From an uncultured Candidatus Saccharibacteria bacterium (GTDB lineage: Bacteria; Patescibacteriota; UBA1384; JACPKC01): a DNA stretch of 64,000 bases. Position numbers and translations under genes: made by a program. The stretch is taken from assembly GCA_964423885.1 (NCBI GenBank), contig CAYRGD010000001.1, forward strand, positions 160,660 to 224,659. Reading direction: 5' to 3'. Position 1 is the stretch's first letter, and every line of letters begins with the position of its first letter. Below are positions 37,256 to 48,060 of this stretch, piece by piece. The notes below the pieces were generated by a model. The model worked only from the letters and a program-made list of their open reading frames with translations, was not told the DNA's origin and did not search any database.

Positions 37256-39706
37256 TTACTGCTGGATGGCGTAGTCGAACGTCGCATTCTTCGGCGCCGG
37301 CGTTGCAAAGGTGACCGTGAAGCCGTCGTTCGTTTTGTCGGTGACTGCGACCGTCGTCGCCCAGCTCGGCGTGATCGTAACTGCGTACGGTACTAGCGTA
37401 TCCGGCAGTGCGTCTTCGGGCGGTGTCAGGCCGAGTTTCGTGACGACGTACGATATGGCGTTTTTATCGACTGCCAGATCGATGCCGCGAGTCTTAGCGT
37501 TCCCTTTGATAGCGCCAGCGAGCGCAAGGTCGCCGCCGACCGACACGTCCTTGGCGAAGGTGGCGGTATCGCCGACCGCAAGAGTCCCTGCGAACTCGAC
37601 CGCTCCGGCGACATGGAGGGTGGCCAAGTGCGGCGAATCATTGACGGGCAGGTGGCCGTCACGGGCGTTCAATTCCTGGATCGCCTTGACCGCGTAGGCC
37701 AGGATGCCGTTGTAATTGAGCGACAGGTAGTCGTCGCCGCTGTTCTTATGGACCAGACCGGGCAAGACCTGCTGCACGTCTTGGGCAAGGAAGCCGCTCG
37801 AACCGGTCTGGCCCGAAATAAAGTCGTACGTCTTGGGCGAGAGCTGTTCGATTACCGACAAGCCGGTCGCAATATCGTTCACGTTCTTTTTAAGCCGCGC
37901 ATCCGATGCACAGGTGCCGATCATGCCGTTCGTATCGATACAAAGCTCATCGCCGCCAGCGGCCGACTCAATCGCGGTGTCGTAGAAGTTACCAGCGTCA
38001 ACGAACACGTTGTTGGTAACCGTTAGGCTTTGATCGGAATCAAGCATCATGCCGACGCCGTCAATGCCATGATCGTGCGCGTCAGTCGAGGTGCCGAAGA
38101 GCAGTGACATCTGGTCGCTTCCGTCTTGGAACGCCCACATACCGGCTACCGGTCGCGTTTGGCTGTAGTTGCTGGAATCAAGCGGGTCGTAGGTCGACCA
38201 GAACACACCGCCCTTATGCGTATCTTGTGCTGCATCGTTCGTGATTGTGATGCCGTTATCCTGGGTGTAGTTCAATAAACTACCGGTGTTGCCCATGCCG
38301 CTGCCAAAATGCGTATGATTGTACACACTTAATGTCGGTGTCGTTTCAGTGCTGCTGTCACCGACCGATACGTGGCCATTCGAGCCAAGGACGAATCCCC
38401 AGTTCTCAACGTTCCCGTTTTCGGCATCGCTGGTCGTGCCCATGCGGATCTGCGTGCCGGTACTTCCTTGCGCCAGATACATGACGCCGATCGGGCGGTT
38501 GGTATCACTAGTCCAGGTGATACCCGGAATGATTGTGTCGTCATGGTAGTCGCTGTTGATGACGAATGCGGCATAGACCGGGTTTGACATTACGTTGTCG
38601 AAGCCGTCGCCGCCTTGGTAGGCGCTGCTGTTGGAGTCGATGAATGTCGAGACCCTTCCTTGTGGATTCGTGGTCATGACGCCGAACTTACCGTCTGTCG
38701 TGAAGCCCGCAATGTCACAGCACCCGTTCGAGATAATGAGGTTGCCGTCGGTGCCGTCGCCCGGATCGGCTGGGTTTCCTACCCAGATGCGAAAGTCGCG
38801 GTCGCCAACGCCTGTTTCGGCAGCGGTGGCCACAAGATGTAACGACGATGGCCCCAGAAAGAGATCCCTCCATCGCGAGGTATCCGAACCCAGGCTGTAC
38901 GCATTGTCAGCATCGGGGCCAATGCTATCGCCCGCTTCGATACGGAAGTCATTGGTATTTGACGTGCCGAGTCCGACGCTGCCACCGTCGTCCGATATGA
39001 TCACGCTCCCCTTGGATCCGTCTTGTGTTGATCGGAGTACTAAATTATCCCCTCCGTCGACGCCCCCATACGCTGTCTGCCCGCCGGACACGCCGTCACG
39101 GATCAGGAAGTTTTCTGACGACAAGCCGTCCAGCTTGTCACTGTTGAACGCGTACGGAGCAGCGCCCAGGCGGATGCGCGGGGTCATTTCGTCGTCGCCC
39201 TCGACCGTAATGCCGAGCCACCATTCGTCGGTATTGAAGTCCACACCGCTCAAGTCATTGAGCGAGCCGAGCATGGTCGAGAAGATGCCGTCGACGGTCG
39301 CGATCTGGTCGCCGCCGGTGTGGGATTCACTCCAGACCGCGCCGCCGCCGCTCGGTACCGTATATAGCTGAAAGACCACATCGTAATTACCGTTCGATAC
39401 GACGGTGCCGTCGGGGTTGGTGAGACGGCCCTGGAACGGGATCTGGGCGAAGATGCCGTCCGCGGCCTTCGGGTTTTCGGCTGCGCGCGGACTGAAGATA
39501 ACCAGGCCGGCCATAAGGAATGCGGCCAACGCGACAAAGAGATGGGCAGGGACCCTGACCGGGCTATGGTGCCAATAGCGGTACCAGCCGACGCGATCGT
39601 GCAGGTACTCATGGATATGACGCGTGCCGGGAATATATCCGCGGCAGTTGCCACTGCTGTCGCACGTGTAGTTCGTAATGGTTCCCTCCCGATATGCACG
39701 CATCAT
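37256..39706 (-). CDS. Large secreted beta-helix/fibre-like protein with a phage tail-fibre-type intramolecular chaperone autoprocessing (peptidase S74-like) domain near the C-terminus
   Basis: ATG at 39706; the ORF-track extension beyond it is antisense to clpB. N-terminal signal/[24 protein letters not shown], Gly/Asp/Ser/Thr-rich beta-solenoid-like body. Motif [52 protein letters not shown]...[13 protein letters not shown] at ~37680-37910. Ends 6 nt before WxL-like paralogue C. Confidence 0.65.
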   Translation of the reverse strand: MMRAYREGTITNYTCDSSGNCRGYIPGTRHIHEYLHDRVGWYRYWHHSPVRVPAHLFVALAAFLMAGLVIFSPRAAENPKAADGIFAQIPFQGRLTNPDGTVVSNGNYDVVFQLYTVPSGGGAVWSESHTGGDQIATVDGIFSTMLGSLNDLSGVDFNTDEWWLGITVEGDDEMTPRIRLGAAPYAFNSDKLDGLSSENFLIRDGVSGGQTAYGGVDGGDNLVLRSTQDGSKGSVIISDDGGSVGLGTSNTNDFRIEAGDSIGPDADNAYSLGSDTSRWRDLFLGPSSLHLVATAAETGVGDRDFRIWVGNPADPGDGTDGNLIISNGCCDIAGFTTDGKFGVMTTNPQGRVSTFIDSNSSAYQGGDGFDNVMSNPVYAAFVINSDYHDDTIIPGITWTSDTNRPIGVMYLAQGSTGTQIRMGTTSDAENGNVENWGFVLGSNGHVSVGDSSTETTPTLSVYNHTHFGSGMGNTGSLLNYTQDNGITITNDAAQDTHKGGVFWSTYDPLDSSNYSQTRPVAGMWAFQDGSDQMSLLFGTSTDAHDHGIDGVGMMLDSDQSLTVTNNVFVDAGNFYDTAIESAAGGDELCIDTNGMIGTCASDARLKKNVNDIATGLSVIEQLSPKTYDFISGQTGSSGFLAQDVQQVLPGLVHKNSGDDYLSLNYNGILAYAVKAIQELNARDGHLPVNDSPHLATLHVAGAVEFAGTLAVGDTATFAKDVSVGGDLALAGAIKGNAKTRGIDLAVDKNAISYVVTKLGLTPPEDALPDTLVPYAVTITPSWATTVAVTDKTNDGFTVTFATPAPKNATFDYAIQQ

Positions 39707-39727
39707 ACCAAACCGCGGCCGACAATA

Positions 39728-39756
39728 TTCCACAGGCCCGCGATGCGCGGTATACT
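39728..39756 (+). promoter_or_regulatory. Candidate sigma70-type promoter for clpB
   Basis: TTCCAC, 17-nt spacer, TATACT, ~25 nt upstream of the AAAGGAGTGAGG RBS. No CIRCE or HAIR inverted repeat seen. Confidence 0.35.
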
Positions 39757-39782
39757 GCTTCCATATAAAAGGAGTGAGGACT

Positions 39783-42464
39783 ATGGATCTCAACCGGTTT
39801 ACCATGAAGACGCAAGAAGCGCTGTTCCAGGCGCAGAACGTGGCATTGGAACGGCAGCAACAGCAAGTGGACGTCGCGCACGTCATGCTGGCGCTCATCG
39901 ACCAGACCGACGGCATCGTCCGGCCGCTGTTGCAAAAAATGAACGTGAGCGAGCAATTGCTCCGTTCGCGGATCAACCAACTCCTCGAACTGCTTCCCCG
40001 CACCTCGTCGCCGGCCGGGCAGTTCGGCCAGGTGTATATCGCGGAATCGCTCCGCCGGGTGCTTGTCCAGGCCGAAAAAGAAGCGGCTGCCCTCAAAGAC
40101 GAATTCATCAGTACCGAGCACATCGTGCTCGCTATCCTTGAGGTGCCGACGCCGGTGCGGCAGGTGTTGAACGCGCTCGGTATCCACCGTGAGGAAACGC
40201 TGAAGGCGTTGGTCGATGTGCGCGGTAACCAACGGGTGACCGACCAGTCGCCCGAAAACAAGTACCAGGTACTTGAAAAGTACACGGTCGACCTGACGGC
40301 CCAGGCCCAAGCCGGCAAGCTCGATCCGGTCGTGGGCCGCGACGAAGAGATCCGCCGGGTCATGCAGGTACTGTCGCGCCGCACCAAGAACAATCCCGTA
40401 CTGATCGGCGAGCCGGGCGTGGGCAAAACGGCTGTGGTCGAAGGCTTGGCGCAGCGGATCGCGGCCGGCGACGTGCCGGAATCGATCGCGAACAAACGCC
40501 TGCTCGCGCTCGACCTGGGGTCGCTGATTGCCGGTACCAAGTTCCGCGGCGAGTTCGAGGACCGTTTGAAGGCGATCCTCAAAGAAACCGACCAGGCCGA
40601 CGGCCAGATCATCCTCTTTATCGACGAGCTGCATACCATTGTCGGTGCCGGCGCGACCGAAGGCGCTATGGACGCCGCGAACCTCTTGAAGCCCGCGCTG
40701 GCCCGCGGCCGGCTGCGCGCGATCGGCGCGACCACGCTCAAGGAATACCAGCAGCACATCGAGAAGGACGCGGCCTTGGAACGCCGCTTCCAGCCGGTGA
40801 CGGTCAAGGAGCCGTCGGTCGAGGACACGATCGCGATCCTGCGCGGCATCAAAGAGAAGTACGAAGTGCACCACGGCGTCAAAATCACCGATTCAGCGAT
40901 CGTGGCGGCGGCTGTGCTGTCACACCGCTACATCTCCGACCGGTTCCTGCCTGACAAGGCGATCGACCTTATCGACGAGGCGACCTCGGCCCTGCGGATG
41001 CAGATCGATTCGATGCCAGAGGAGCTCGACGCCTTGAAGCGCCGGATCATCCAGCTTGAGATCGAACGCGAAGCTTTGAAGCGCGAGACGAGTAAAGAAG
41101 GTAAAGAGCGTTTGAAGGAGTTGCAGGAAGAGCTCGGGACACTCCGCGAAGAGGCCGGCGAAAAGGAATTGCGCTGGAAGAACGAGAAGGAAATCATTAC
41201 CGGCTTGCGCGAGGTGTCGATGAAGCTCGACCAGGCGCGGGTCGATGCCGAGCAGGCCGAACGGAACGGCGAACTCGAGAAAGTGGCGATGATCCGCTAC
41301 CAGCAGATCCCCGAGCTCGAGAAGAACCGCCTGGGATTAAGCAAGAAGCTCGCGGACATCCAGAAGGAACACAAGTTTCTGAAAGAGGAGGTGAGCGAGG
41401 AAGACATCGGCTTGGTGGTGGCGCGGTGGACCGGTATTCCGGTCGTGCGGATGCTCGAGAGCGAGTCGATGAAGCTTGCCCGGCTCGAAGAAGAGCTCAA
41501 GAAGCGCATCATCGGCCAAGACGAAGCGATTTCCGCGGTTTCGAACGCAGTCCGACGCTCGCGGGCCGGCATCGCCGAGGAATCGAAGCCGATCGGCTCG
41601 TTCATTTTCTTGGGACCGACGGGCGTGGGTAAAACCGAACTCGCCCGGGCGCTCGCCTCATTCCTCTTCAACGACGAACGCGCGATGATCCGGGTCGACA
41701 TGAGCGAGTTCATGGAAAAACACGCGGCCAGCAAACTCATTGGCGCACCGCCAGGGTACGTCGGCTACGAAGAGGCCGGGCAGCTCACTGAACAGGTGCG
41801 ACGCAAGCCGTTTTCGGTAATCCTCTTCGACGAGATCGAAAAGGCGCATCCCGACGTGTTCAATTTGTTATTGCAGATCCTCGACGACGGCCGGCTGACC
41901 GATGCCAAGGGACGGGTCGTCAACTTCAAGAACGCGATCATCGTGATGACAAGTAACATCGGCAGCCAGATCATCCAGGACTTCGCCGCCAACAAGCAGA
42001 CCTCGGCGATCGGGTACAAGACCACCGAACGCGAGCAGACTGACGAAGAACTGATGAAAGGGCGGATCACCGAAGAACTCCAGCATTTCTTTAAGCCGGA
42101 GTTCCTGAACCGCATCGACGAAATTATCGTCTTCCATGCCCTGACCGAACAGCAAATCGGCTTCGTCGTCGACGTCCAGCTGCAACGGGTGCTGCAACGG
42201 ATCCAGCAGCAGCGCGGGATTACGCTCGAGATCACCGATGACGTGAAGGCCGAAATCGCGAAGCGGGGCTACGACGCCGCGTACGGCGCCCGGCCGTTGA
42301 AGCGCGTCATCCAGCGCGACTTGCTCGACCCGCTCGCGCTGCTCTTGCTTCAGCACGAGATTCCTGAAGACACGGTGATCCGCGTCGTTCTGAACGATGG
42401 CGCGATCGTGATCGAACCGCCGGCAACAGCCCGCTTGCTTGCGAAGGCCGAGGCTGCGGCATAA
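39783..42464 (+). CDS. clpB: ATP-dependent chaperone ClpB
   Basis: Clp_N, D1 Walker [16 protein letters not shown], long coiled-coil M-domain, D2 [15 protein letters not shown]. 893 aa. Confidence 0.9.
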   Translation: MDLNRFTMKTQEALFQAQNVALERQQQQVDVAHVMLALIDQTDGIVRPLLQKMNVSEQLLRSRINQLLELLPRTSSPAGQFGQVYIAESLRRVLVQAEKEAAALKDEFISTEHIVLAILEVPTPVRQVLNALGIHREETLKALVDVRGNQRVTDQSPENKYQVLEKYTVDLTAQAQAGKLDPVVGRDEEIRRVMQVLSRRTKNNPVLIGEPGVGKTAVVEGLAQRIAAGDVPESIANKRLLALDLGSLIAGTKFRGEFEDRLKAILKETDQADGQIILFIDELHTIVGAGATEGAMDAANLLKPALARGRLRAIGATTLKEYQQHIEKDAALERRFQPVTVKEPSVEDTIAILRGIKEKYEVHHGVKITDSAIVAAAVLSHRYISDRFLPDKAIDLIDEATSALRMQIDSMPEELDALKRRIIQLEIEREALKRETSKEGKERLKELQEELGTLREEAGEKELRWKNEKEIITGLREVSMKLDQARVDAEQAERNGELEKVAMIRYQQIPELEKNRLGLSKKLADIQKEHKFLKEEVSEEDIGLVVARWTGIPVVRMLESESMKLARLEEELKKRIIGQDEAISAVSNAVRRSRAGIAEESKPIGSFIFLGPTGVGKTELARALASFLFNDERAMIRVDMSEFMEKHAASKLIGAPPGYVGYEEAGQLTEQVRRKPFSVILFDEIEKAHPDVFNLLLQILDDGRLTDAKGRVVNFKNAIIVMTSNIGSQIIQDFAANKQTSAIGYKTTEREQTDEELMKGRITEELQHFFKPEFLNRIDEIIVFHALTEQQIGFVVDVQLQRVLQRIQQQRGITLEITDDVKAEIAKRGYDAAYGARPLKRVIQRDLLDPLALLLLQHEIPEDTVIRVVLNDGAIVIEPPATARLLAKAEAAA

Positions 42465-42472
42465 GGACCCTA

Positions 42473-44859
42473 TGGCGTACGACCACGCGGACATCGAACG
42501 AAAGTGGCAAGAGTACTGGCGCGAGCACGGTACGTTCGCGGCACCCGACAAGCCCGCCAACAAATACTACGCGCTCGACATGTTCCCCTATCCGTCGGGT
42601 GCCGGGCTGCACGTCGGCCATCCGAAAGGCTACACGGCGACGGACATCGTGAGTCGGATGCGCCGGGCCCAAGGGTACGACGTGCTCCATCCGATGGGAT
42701 GGGACGCGTTCGGCCTGCCGGCGGAGAACTACGCGATCAAGACCGGGACAGCACCGCAGGAAACGACGGCCCGTTCGATCGTGCGGTTCAGGGAGCAGCT
42801 GCAGCGGCTCGGTTTCAGCTATGACTGGAACAAAGAGCTCGCGACCTCGGATCCGTCGTTTTACAAGTGGACGCAGTGGATCTTCTTGCAACTCTTCGAG
42901 CGCGGCCTTGCGTACCAGAAGGAAGCTGCCGTCAACTGGTGCCCGAAGGACCAGACCGTGCTTGCCAACGAACAAGTCGTGGGCGGTTGCTGCGAGCGGT
43001 GCGGTACCGAGGTGGTGCAGCGGCAGCTCAAGCAGTGGTTTTTCAAGATTACCGACTACGCCGACGAGCTGCTTGCGGATCTCGATGCGCTCGACTGGCC
43101 CGAAGCGATCAAGGCGGCGCAGCGCAACTGGATCGGCAAGAGCGAGGGTGCGCGGATCGGGTTCCCGCTCGAGGACCGCAGCGGCAGCCTCGAGGTGTTC
43201 ACGACCAGGCCGGAGACGCTCTACGGCGTGACGTACCTGATTGTGGCGCCCGAACACCCGTTGGTTGCCGAGCGTGTTGCCCGCCCCGACGCTCCTGCCG
43301 GCCTCGCGGAGTATGCCGAACAGGCCCGACGGAAAACCGAACGCGACCGCAAGATGGACAGCGGCGAGAAGACAGGCGTCTTTACCGGGTGCTACGCGAC
43401 CCATCCGCTCACCGGCGAACGATTGCCGGTCTGGACCGCCGACTACGTGCTGGGCAGCTACGGCACCGGTGCGGTGATGGCGGTGCCTGCGCACGATGCC
43501 CGGGATTGGGCGTTCGCCGCTGCGCACGGTTTGCCGGTTCACACCGTAGTGTCCGGCGGTACGGCCGATGCTGTGTACGAGGACGCCGGCACCTTGGTTG
43601 CGTCGGGCGACTGGACCGGCAAGCATAGCGAGGCTGACCGCTCGGCGATCATCATGGCGATCGAAGCGGCCGGCATTGGTACCGTGGCGACGCAGTACCG
43701 GATCCGTGACTGGCTTGTCTCGCGCCAGCGCTACTGGGGTGCGCCGATCCCGATCATCCACTGCGACGCCTGCGGTATCCAACCGGTGCCGTTCGACCAA
43801 CTGCCTGTCCGGCTGCCCGAGGATGTCGATTTCCTGCCCACCGGCGAATCGCCGCTCGCCCGCTCGGCCTCGTTCCACGACGTAGCCTGTCCTCGCTGCG
43901 GCGGTGCGGCCCGGCGGGAATCCGATACCATGGACACGTTCGTCGATTCAAGTTGGTACTTCCTGCGTTATCCTGATCCCCGGAACGATGCCGTCGCGTT
44001 CGTTCCTGGCACCGTCGCTCATTGGCTGCCGGTCGACCTCTACGTGGGCGGGGCCGAGCACGCGGTGTTGCACCTGCTGTACGCACGGTTCGTCACCAAG
44101 GCGCTCGACGACATCGTCGGCGTAGGATTCCGCGAGCCGTTCCGACGCCTCAAGAACGTCGGCCTGATCCTGGGTGAGGATGGCCGCAAAATGAGCAAGT
44201 CGTTGGGCAATGTCATTAATCCCGACGACGTTGTCGACCGGTACGGCGCGGATACCTTGCGGCTCTACGAAATGTTTATGGGGCCGTTCGAGGACTACGC
44301 GCCGTGGAATACCGGTGCCATGGTCGGGATCCGGCGCTGGCTCGACCGTATCTGGCGGCTGCAGGACCGGGTGGTACAGGACGCGCAACAGGAAGCGGTT
44401 GTCCGGCAACGCGCCCAGCTTTCGAAACTGACGCGGCTCGTCACCGACCATATCGACGGGTTCAAGTTCAATACCGCGGTGAGCGCACTTATGATCCAGA
44501 CCAACGCCTTCATGGATGAACCGGCCGTGAGTAATGAGGCGTTCAGCACGTTTACGCAGCTCCTGGCGCCGTTCGCACCCCACCTTGCCGAAGAGCTCTG
44601 GCAGCGGCTTGGCAATGCGGACAGTATCGCGCACGCGCCGTGGCCGGTACCGCAAGCGGAGACAGCCGACGAGCGGTGTACGATCGTCGTCCAAGTGCAA
44701 GGCAAGGTCCGCGGCACGATGACGCTGCGGACCGGTGCGGGTATCGACGAAGCCATTGCCGAAGCCAGGCAGCTTGAGAATGTTGCCCGGCATCTTGGGG
44801 ATTCGCCGTGGAAAACGGTGTTCGTCCCGAACAAACTGGTCAATTTTATTCCGATGTAG
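42473..44859 (+). CDS. leuS: Leucine--tRNA ligase
   Basis: HIGH motif PYPSGAGLHVGH, KMSKS motif, CP1 editing domain. Start trimmed to ATG 42473 after AAGGA. Confidence 0.9.
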
Positions 44860-44888
44860 TATGCTTATCGCCTTGAAGGAGCTATTCC

Positions 44889-45060
44889 TATGGCAGAGCC
44901 GAAAAAGAAGTTGTCGAAAACACGAACCCACTCGCGCCGCGCAGGGTTCAAAGCGACGAGCATCAGCTTAGCCGCGTGCTCCCACTGCGGCGCACAGATC
45001 CGGTCGCACCGGGTATGCCCGAACTGCGGCTACTACAAGAACGCCAAGGTTGCCGCCTAA
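44889..45060 (+). CDS. rpmF: 50S ribosomal protein L32
   Basis: Not in ORF track (57 aa). AAGGAG RBS; MAEPKKKLSKTRTHSRRAGFKATSISLAACSHCGAQIRSHRVCPNCGYYKNAKVAA, Zn-ribbon form. Confidence 0.75.
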
Positions 45061-45066
45061 CCGACT

Positions 45067-45585
45067 ATGGCCAACCGGCATCTTTCGAGAATCATCATCG
45101 TCCAGGCGTTGTACGAATGGGATTTTCGACGGGATACGGACGTGGTCGCAATCGCCGACCGCGGCATTGCCACGTTCGCGCACGATGTCGATGACGCGTT
45201 CGTCCGAGACGCGGTCACGGGCGTAACGTCACGCGTCGCCGAACTCGACGAGCTTATCAGTACCTATGCCCCGGAATGGCCGCTCGAGCAGATCGCGGTC
45301 ATCGACAAGACCTTGCTGCGCGCGTCGGTCTACGAACTGCTTCACGTCGACGGTACGCCGCCCAAGGTCGTGATCAACGAAGCCGTAGAGCTCGCGAAGA
45401 TGTTCGGCGGTGAAAGCTCGGCCAAGTTCGTCAACGGGGTACTGGGCAGCGTCTACCGGACCCATCCCCGGTTCGAGGCCGAACGGGCAGCTGCCGCGGA
45501 AGCCCAAGCCGACGAGTCGTCGCACGATGGTGCCGATGAGGCGGCGACACCGATCACGGAGATCGAGGAATCCGGCGATGCGTGA
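45067..45585 (+). CDS. nusB: Transcription antitermination factor NusB
   Basis: NusB helical fold motifs [13 protein letters not shown] and [10 protein letters not shown]; acidic C-terminal tail. Confidence 0.75.
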   Translation: MANRHLSRIIIVQALYEWDFRRDTDVVAIADRGIATFAHDVDDAFVRDAVTGVTSRVAELDELISTYAPEWPLEQIAVIDKTLLRASVYELLHVDGTPPKVVINEAVELAKMFGGESSAKFVNGVLGSVYRTHPRFEAERAAAAEAQADESSHDGADEAATPITEIEESGDA

Positions 45586-46297
45586 TCGGAACCCTGCCGA
45601 CTTCGCGGAGGCGCTCGGCCTTACCTTTAGTGACGCGTCACTCCTGCAGCAGGTATTCGTCCACCGTTCGTATCTCAACGAACACCGGTCGTTCCCGCTC
45701 GATCACAACGAACGGCTCGAATTCCTTGGTGACGCGGTACTCGAATTGGTCGCCACCGAGTACTTATATAAGCGGTTCAATAATCCCGAAGGCGAACTGA
45801 CGAACTGGCGGAGCGCGCTTGTCCGGGGCGAGATGCTTGCCAAGATCGCGACGGAACTCGGCATGAACGACTATTTGCTCTTAAGTAAAGGCGAGCAGCG
45901 GAGCCAGGGAAAAGCCCGGAACTTGATCCTTGCCAACGCCTTCGAGGCGTTCGTGGGTGCGCTGTACCTCGACCAAGGATATGCTGCCGCACAGGCGTTC
46001 CTTGAAGCGAGGCTGCTATCACGCATCGATGAAGTACTGTCGCAACGTCTGCATATCGACGCGAAGAGCGATTTACAGGAAAAGAGCCAAGAGCAGCTCG
46101 GGGTCACGCCCTCATATACGATCCTCAAGACCACAGGGCCCGACCACGACCGTCATTTTACGGTCGGCGTATACTTGCGCTCTGTCTTGGCTGGTGAGGG
46201 AGAAGGCCAGTCGAAGCAGAAGGCGGAACAAGCGGCAGCGACCGCTGCGCTCGGCAATTGGACCAAGGTAGTCGCGTCAGCAGTCGAGGCCGACTAG
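45578..46297 (+). CDS. rnc: Ribonuclease III
   Basis: Signature [14 protein letters not shown], catalytic E in [14 protein letters not shown]-terminal dsRBD. Start overlaps nusB end. Confidence 0.85.
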   Translation: MRDRNPADFAEALGLTFSDASLLQQVFVHRSYLNEHRSFPLDHNERLEFLGDAVLELVATEYLYKRFNNPEGELTNWRSALVRGEMLAKIATELGMNDYLLLSKGEQRSQGKARNLILANAFEAFVGALYLDQGYAAAQAFLEARLLSRIDEVLSQRLHIDAKSDLQEKSQEQLGVTPSYTILKTTGPDHDRHFTVGVYLRSVLAGEGEGQSKQKAEQAAATAALGNWTKVVASAVEAD

Positions 46298-47028
46298 GCC
46301 TGTTCGTAGCAGTACGGCTGGACTTTCTTGTAGAGCGCATGGGCGCTCTTCCGTTTGTAGTTGGCCGGTTCAAGGTGCGCCGGCAGCTTCGGATCTTGCG
46401 ATAACAGCTTGGCGTACGAGTAGACCAGTAACTTCGCCCGGAAGCTGTCTTTCTGCTTGCGGCCGAGGAATTCCTCGGCGCTTGCGATGAAAGCGCCGTA
46501 CTGCGTATTGAGCGAGTCCCAATCCCAGGAAAACGCATCGATTACCGCCTGCTCGTCCGTAGCGGTGAGCGTCGGTTCGATGATGGTAATGGAATTACGG
46601 ATAGTGTCGATGTCGAGCAGGTCTTCGAACTCGAACCGGATGTCGCGGGCCGACGCCCAGACGCTGTTTTGGATCCGTCCGAACCCGATATTCGCCAGCC
46701 GGTTCCGTAGCACGTCGCGGAATTTCCGTTGCGATTCCGGTATATTGAAGAACACGAACAGCCAGCGGTGCTCCCACGCGGAGTCGTCGGCCAGTTTCAG
46801 ATGGCGCAGCGTTTTCGTGACGGTCGCCGTCCCCGATTCGGTGATAGCGTAGGTATTGATCCGTCGCAGCCTGTCCCGTTCCATGGCGACCCACCCTTTG
46901 GCGGCGAGCCGGCCAAGCGTCGAGGACAGCGTCTGCCTGGTCCGGTCGGGCAATAAGAACGCGCACTCGTCGAGCGTGCGGGCGGTATGATCGTCCAACA
47001 GGACCATGAGCTCGTCGATGACAGTCAT
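46294..47028 (-). CDS. PaaX-family transcriptional regulator
   Basis: N-terminal winged helix, central WEHRWLFVFFNIPESQRKFRDVLRNRLANIGFGRIQNSVWAS typical of PaaX-like regulators. Confidence 0.55.
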   Translation of the reverse strand: MTVIDELMVLLDDHTARTLDECAFLLPDRTRQTLSSTLGRLAAKGWVAMERDRLRRINTYAITESGTATVTKTLRHLKLADDSAWEHRWLFVFFNIPESQRKFRDVLRNRLANIGFGRIQNSVWASARDIRFEFEDLLDIDTIRNSITIIEPTLTATDEQAVIDAFSWDWDSLNTQYGAFIASAEEFLGRKQKDSFRAKLLVYSYAKLLSQDPKLPAHLEPANYKRKSAHALYKKVQPYCYEQA

Positions 47029-47095
47029 AAAAGCATAGTACGAACGTGTACGGTTACACTATACCCGCTCAACGGTCGTGTCAAATATACGCGGA

Positions 47096-48058
47096 TCACT
47101 GCCACTCGAAGGCGCCGAAGGCCCAGAGTAGAAGCTTTCGCGTCTCGGCCGCGCTCGCGTCGGCGGTATCGCTAGTAGTGTCGAGGATAACGCTTACGAG
47201 CTGATGGCCATTGTGTTCGGCGGTTGCTACCAGGCAGTGGCCTGCGTCGTACGTGAAGCCGGTTTTGAGTCCGGTCACCTCCGGCAGGTAGAGCGGATTG
47301 TCGCTGATAATGAGGCGGTTCGATGAGGTAAGCGCATGGTTCACGGATCCGTCGGCGGACTTGATCGTGGTAGCCGGCTGGCTGACGATGTCGCGGATCA
47401 CCTCATCTCGCATCACGTAGGCTGCGAGTACCGCCAGGTCGCGCGCGGTCGAGCGGCCGTCATCATTGAGTCCGGCTGGATCCATGTAATGCGTGTCCGT
47501 CATGCCAAGGTACTGCGCTTGCTCGTTCATTTTTGCGACGAACGTTTCGAGACCCATGTGGTCGGCCAGCGTCATGGCAGCGTCGTTGCCGGATTGGATG
47601 AGGAGCCCTGTGAGCAGCGACCGTACGTCCATCTGTTCGCCGGTTCGCAGCAGGATCTTCGATCCTTCGACCGAGACGGCCGCACTGTCGGCGGCAAGAA
47701 CGTCGTCCAGGCCGTACTCCTTACGTGCGATAACCGCGGTCATGAGCTTCGTGACGGACGCGATCGGGACGGGTTGGTCTGCTTGCTGGGCATAGAGCGG
47801 GTAGGCCGATCCGGCATCAAGCAGGTAAGCGACCTTGGCCCGGATCGGTGGTTCGGTATCGGAGATATGGCGGGGCGGCTGGACGGCAACCGGTATTGCC
47901 GAAGGGTCGAACGCGACGTCACGAGTGCCGAGTACCGCCGGCTTGGCCGACGGTGCCGCAGCGTGGTCGGCACGGAATCGTATGACAGTCGTACAGAGGA
48001 CCGCTATGCCTAGTACCGGCAGACCGACGATAACGAGCGGCACCCTCCTTGATGCCAT
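47096..48058 (-). CDS. D-alanyl-D-alanine carboxypeptidase (peptidase S11, low-MW PBP)
   Basis: Signal anchor; SxxK (ASVTKLMT), SxN (SGNDAA), KTG (KTGFT). Confidence 0.8.
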   Translation of the reverse strand: MASRRVPLVIVGLPVLGIAVLCTTVIRFRADHAAAPSAKPAVLGTRDVAFDPSAIPVAVQPPRHISDTEPPIRAKVAYLLDAGSAYPLYAQQADQPVPIASVTKLMTAVIARKEYGLDDVLAADSAAVSVEGSKILLRTGEQMDVRSLLTGLLIQSGNDAAMTLADHMGLETFVAKMNEQAQYLGMTDTHYMDPAGLNDDGRSTARDLAVLAAYVMRDEVIRDIVSQPATTIKSADGSVNHALTSSNRLIISDNPLYLPEVTGLKTGFTYDAGHCLVATAEHNGHQLVSVILDTTSDTADASAAETRKLLLWAFGAFEWQ

Positions 48059-48060
48059 GG

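Noticed and set aside
39707-39782. Heat-shock operator (CIRCE / HAIR) upstream of clpB
   Set aside because: No TTAGCACTC-N9-GAGTGCTAA or CTTGAGT-N7-ACTCAAG inverted repeat is present. Only a sigma70-like -35/-10 pair was found.
37256-40888. 1210-aa minus-strand ORF from the track
   Set aside because: Only the 3' ~2.45 kb (37256-39706) is supported as a gene. The upstream ~1.2 kb is the antisense strand of clpB with low-complexity Cys/Ser/Arg translation and no RBS; trimmed to the ATG at 39706.
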